This document shows positions 60,309-64,000 of a DNA stretch of 64,000 bases, piece by piece (the stretch's first letter is position 1; each line of letters starts with the position of its first letter). The DNA is from an uncultured delta proteobacterium (GTDB taxonomy: Bacteria > Desulfobacterota > Zymogenia > Zymogenales > Zymogenaceae), in NCBI GenBank assembly GCA_963735595.1, contig CAVTLK010000001.1:800001-864000 (forward strand), in the 5' to 3' direction. The position numbers and the translations under genes were made by a program. Below the pieces are notes generated by a model. The model was not told the DNA's origin, did not search any database, and worked only from the letters and a program-made list of their open reading frames with translations.

Positions 60309-61555
60309 GAAAGGGCTTCCTCCAGCTGACGGCGGCCGGCGAGTTTGAGGCGATTCTCTCCCGCTGCGGCCGGACGACCGTCGCCGAGGTGATAGCGACC
60401 GCCGACGCCCTCGGAAGGGTGCCTGCCGCCGATATCATCGCCCCCGGGGATCTCCCCGAGTTTCGCCGTTCCACGGTCGACGGCTTTGCGGTCATAAGCG
60501 CCGATACCCACGGGGCGTCGGACTCCATCCCGCTCTACCTTGATCTGGCCGGCGATATCCCCGTCGGCACCGTCGCCGGGCGCCCGCTCAAATTGGGAGA
60601 GGCGATCCGGGTCGTGACAGGGGGAATGTTACCGGAGGGGTCGGATGCGGTGGTGATGATAGAGCACGCCGATCTCATCGACGAAAAGACGGTGGAGATC
60701 AGGCGCGCGGCCGCGCGTTTCGAGAACCTTGCCCAGGTCGGGGAGGACGTTACCCGCGGGGCAGTGGTCGTGCCGGCCGCCCGCCCCCTCAGGCCCTTTG
60801 ACATCGGGGCGCTGATGGGGCTGGGGATACTCGAGGTCGAGGTCTTCAAACGGCCCTCGGTCGCCGTCTTTTCGACCGGCGCCGAAGTAGTGGAGCCGGC
60901 CCAGGCCCCGCCACCGGGCAAGGTCCGCGATATCAACAAATACGCCGTCGCCGCGGGAGTACGGCAGGCCGGCGGGACCGTCACCCTCCTGCCGACCGTG
61001 ACCGACGACCGCGGGCTTTTGACCGAAATGATCGGGAAGAATGCGAAAAGCGCCGATATGGTGATCCTCTCCGGCGGCAGCTCCGTGGGGGGGATGGACT
61101 TTACGCTGGAGGCCATCAACGACAGCGGCAAACCGGGGGTGCTCGTACATGGGCTTGCCGTAAAGCCCGGAAAGCCGACCATCTTCGGGATGATCGGGGA
61201 CGTGCCGGTCGTCGGGCTTCCGGGGCATCCGGCGGGTGCGCTGGTGATCTTCACGGTCTTTATCGCCCCTCTTATCAGGAAAATCGGGGGAGAGCGGGAG
61301 AGCCGGCCCTTTACGCGGAGCGTGGCGGCGCACATCACCCGGAACGTCGCCGGGTCTCCCGGCAAGCACGTCTATGTCCCGGCGGCCCTTGAGTTCGGCG
61401 GGCCGGACGCCCCCCCGCGGGCGGTCCCGATTCTCGGCAAATCCGGGGCGGTATCGATCCTGACGAAAAGCGACGGGATCATCGTCATAGACCCAATGCG
61501 GGAGGGCATCGAAGCCGGGACGGTTGTCCAGGTGTATCTCTACGAGACGTCATGA
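60305..61555 (+). CDS. moeA: Molybdopterin metal insertase MoeA
   Basis: STVDGFAV, TGGMLPEGSDAVVMIE, STGAE, SGGSSVG, KPGKP and GLPGHP. Confidence 0.93.
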   Translation: MRKGFLQLTAAGEFEAILSRCGRTTVAEVIATADALGRVPAADIIAPGDLPEFRRSTVDGFAVISADTHGASDSIPLYLDLAGDIPVGTVAGRPLKLGEAIRVVTGGMLPEGSDAVVMIEHADLIDEKTVEIRRAAARFENLAQVGEDVTRGAVVVPAARPLRPFDIGALMGLGILEVEVFKRPSVAVFSTGAEVVEPAQAPPPGKVRDINKYAVAAGVRQAGGTVTLLPTVTDDRGLLTEMIGKNAKSADMVILSGGSSVGGMDFTLEAINDSGKPGVLVHGLAVKPGKPTIFGMIGDVPVVGLPGHPAGALVIFTVFIAPLIRKIGGERESRPFTRSVAAHITRNVAGSPGKHVYVPAALEFGGPDAPPRAVPILGKSGAVSILTKSDGIIVIDPMREGIEAGTVVQVYLYETS

Positions 61556-63471
61556 AACGAAACATCTATCTCGAAAAACGATCGCTCTCCGAGGCCCTGG
61601 ATCTCTTTCTGGGCGCCTTCGACTTCGACACCCTCGTCAGCGAGGAAACGGTCAGGAGCGCCGAATCGTGCGGCCGAATCACCGCCCACCCCGTTTTCGC
61701 GCGCATATCGTCGCCCAATTTCAACGCCGCCGCGATGGACGGGATTGCCGTCCGGGCTCGTGACACCGAAGGGGCGACCGAGGCCTCTCCCCGGCTGCTG
61801 GCGGCCGGCACGGATTTCGTCCCCGTCAATACGGGAAACGAACTGCCCCCGGATCGGGACGCCGTCATTATGATCGAGGACGTCCATCCCGTCGACGAGA
61901 AGACCGTGGAGATTATCAAGGCGGCCGTTCCCTACCAGCACGTTCGGCCGATGGGAGAGGACACGGTGGCCACGGAGCTCGTGCTGCCCTCGCATCACGT
62001 CATACGCCCCTACGATATCGGCGCTCTGCTCGGGGCGGGGCACACGACGGTGGCGGCCAGGAGACTGCCGGGCGTCCTGCTCATCCCCACCGGCGACGAG
62101 CTGGTGCCCGACACCGAGACGGAGCTTCCCGAGGGGAAGGTCTATGAATCAAACAGCGCGGTTATCGCGGCGATGATCACCGCCGACGGCGGCAGAGCCG
62201 TCCGTCACGCAATCGTAAATGACGACTATAACTCCATTCGGAGCGCGGTGGCCGAGAACGTCGATCGCTTCGACCTTGTCATCATCCTTGCCGGCTCATC
62301 GGCGGGAACCCGGGACTACACGAGATCCGTTATCGAAGATCTCGGAGAAGTCTTCGTCCACGGGATTGCCATCATGCCCGGAAAGCCGACGATCCTGGGC
62401 GCACTCTCCGGCAAGCCGGTCGTGGGGCTGCCCGGGTATCCGGTCTCGGCGGTGATGACCTATCGGACGGTCGTCCGCCCCCTGATCGCCCGTATGCAGG
62501 GCCTGCCGGCGCCGAGAGACGAAACGGCCACGGCCGTCGTTCTCAGGGATATCCCCAAGGCGGTCGGCAACGACCTCTTCCTTCGGGTACAGATGGCCGA
62601 GATCGACGGGAGGCTGGTGGCCTCCCCCCTGCCCCGCGGCGCGGGAAATATCACCACGATGGTAAAGGCCGACGGGATAATAACCGTCGACTCCCTCTCC
62701 GAGGGGCTCAAATCGGGGGACACGGCGCGAGCCGTCCTCCTCAAGCCGAAAGAGGATATCGTAAACACGGTCATGGCCGTGGGAAGCCACGACGTCAGCC
62801 TTGACCTTCTGGCCGGCAGGCTCAGCGCCCTCTACCCCGCGTTCCGGCTCGTCTCGGTCAACGTCGGGAGCCTCGGGGGCATCATGGCCCTCAGGAACGG
62901 TGAATGCCACCTGGCCGGTTCCCACCTCCTGGACCCGGAGACCGGAGACTACAACATCCCGGCCGTCCGCCGTTACCTCAAGGGTATGGAGGTGTCGCTT
63001 ATCACGCTGGCCCACCGGGAGCAGGGCCTGATCGTCAGGAAGGGGAATCCCTCGGGGATCACGGGAGTTGCCGACCTGGCCCGGGACGGGATGGCCTTCG
63101 TCAACCGGCAGCGGGGCTCCGGCACTCGAATACTGCTGGATTACCTGCTCAAGAAGATGGACATCGACGGCAGCCGGATCGACGGCTACGGCCGCGAGGA
63201 ATTTACCCATCTCCTGGTGGCGGCCGCCGTCAAGAGCGGGCGGGCCGACGCCGGCCTCGGCATCAGGGCCGCGGCCCGGGCGCTCGATCTGGACTTCATC
63301 CCGATCGAACACGAACGGTATGACCTGATCATTCCCGCAAAACACCGTAACGACAAGAAAATCATGGCGGTGGTCAAGACCGTCTCCGACGAGCAATTTA
63401 AGCACGATACCCGTCTCTTGGGCGGCTACGATACCAAAGAGACCGGAAAGGAACGGATCATTGAAACCTGA
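61552..63471 (+). CDS. moeA: MoeA fused to a C-terminal PBP-like (LysR substrate-binding-like) domain
   Basis: AAMDGIAV, PTGDEL, GSSAGTRD and GLPGYP, then GSHD, GSLGGI, REQGL, NRQRGSGTR and ERYDL. Confidence 0.92.
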   Translation: MKRNIYLEKRSLSEALDLFLGAFDFDTLVSEETVRSAESCGRITAHPVFARISSPNFNAAAMDGIAVRARDTEGATEASPRLLAAGTDFVPVNTGNELPPDRDAVIMIEDVHPVDEKTVEIIKAAVPYQHVRPMGEDTVATELVLPSHHVIRPYDIGALLGAGHTTVAARRLPGVLLIPTGDELVPDTETELPEGKVYESNSAVIAAMITADGGRAVRHAIVNDDYNSIRSAVAENVDRFDLVIILAGSSAGTRDYTRSVIEDLGEVFVHGIAIMPGKPTILGALSGKPVVGLPGYPVSAVMTYRTVVRPLIARMQGLPAPRDETATAVVLRDIPKAVGNDLFLRVQMAEIDGRLVASPLPRGAGNITTMVKADGIITVDSLSEGLKSGDTARAVLLKPKEDIVNTVMAVGSHDVSLDLLAGRLSALYPAFRLVSVNVGSLGGIMALRNGECHLAGSHLLDPETGDYNIPAVRRYLKGMEVSLITLAHREQGLIVRKGNPSGITGVADLARDGMAFVNRQRGSGTRILLDYLLKKMDIDGSRIDGYGREEFTHLLVAAAVKSGRADAGLGIRAAARALDLDFIPIEHERYDLIIPAKHRNDKKIMAVVKTVSDEQFKHDTRLLGGYDTKETGKERIIET

Positions 63472-63481
63472 AGAAACAACG

Positions 63482-64000
63482 ATGACGCACGCCGGCGGCC
63501 TCACCGACGGCTACGCCCGCACGATTGATTACCTGAGGATCTCGGTAACCGACCGCTGCAACCTGCGCTGCCGCTACTGCATGCCGGAAGAGGGAATACC
63601 CACGATCTCCCACGATAGTATCATGCGGTACGAGGAGATCACGCTTCTGGTCAGGGCCGCCGCCTCTATCGGCTTCACGAAGGTCCGCCTCACCGGGGGA
63701 GAGCCGCTGGTCAGGAGGGGCCTGACCGATCTCATCGAATCCATCGGTGCGGTCGAGGGCATATCCGATCTCTCTCTCACGACCAACGGCGTCCTCCTGG
63801 CCGAGGAGGCGCCCCGTCTCAAGGCGGCGGGGATCGGCAGAATCAACATCAGCCTCGATACGCTTAAGCCCGATCGATTCCTCGCCATCACGCGGCGCGA
63901 TCTCTTCGGCCGGGTGACCGCCGGGATCGACGCGGCGCTCGGCGCGGGGATGGACCCGGTTAAGATCAACGTCGTCGTCATGCGGGGGGTCAACGACGAT
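63482..64000 (+). CDS. moaA: GTP 3',8-cyclase MoaA, partial (runs off the window; an in-frame TTG at 63461 is an alternative start)
   Basis: Not in the ORF track. Manual translation: R.IDYLRISVTDRCNLRCRYCMP, KVRLTGGEPL, TTNG, NISLDTL and KINVVVMRGVNDD. Confidence 0.95.
   Translation, partial: MTHAGGLTDGYARTIDYLRISVTDRCNLRCRYCMPEEGIPTISHDSIMRYEEITLLVRAAASIGFTKVRLTGGEPLVRRGLTDLIESIGAVEGISDLSLTTNGVLLAEEAPRLKAAGIGRINISLDTLKPDRFLAITRRDLFGRVTAGIDAALGAGMDPVKINVVVMRGVNDD

Overview
GC-rich bacterial chromosomal window made up mostly of core genes. Gene order and content suggest an anaerobic deltaproteobacterium (Desulfobacterota-like); this is an inference. Blocks in order: Tex, gamma-carbonic anhydrase and 2-oxoacid:ferredoxin oxidoreductase; glpD, ridA, SDR, TPR protein, archaeal-type PEP carboxylase and Asp racemase; two tandem URO-D/MtaA-like paralogs; a ~1020-aa protein with a split class III nucleotide-cyclase domain at the end of a yfcE-HIT-lapA-radical SAM run; cpoB-LysM-dprA-topA-trmFO-cutA; a tRNA nucleotidyltransferase; a nitroreductase pair; HtpX-like protease; ilvD; plsB-rlpA; the long yceD-rpmF-fabK-fabD-fabG-acpP-rpiB-glyA-nrdR-rib-nusB run; and a Moco/Wco riboswitch ahead of tupBC-moeA-moeA-moaA. 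About 17 single-base frameshifts in 10 genes, some essential, are most likely long-read assembly errors. I saw no tRNA, rRNA, CRISPR array, integrase or transposase. Best leads: (1) the non-canonical cyclase with a coiled-coil insertion, (2) two coupled nitroreductases with complementary loss of FMN-site motifs, (3) an inverted ~260-bp copy of the ppcA-racemase junction, (4) a P3-less, tungsten-type riboswitch, (5) AT-rich palindromic elements bracketing the URO-D pair. All calls come from reading motifs by eye; no database searches were run.
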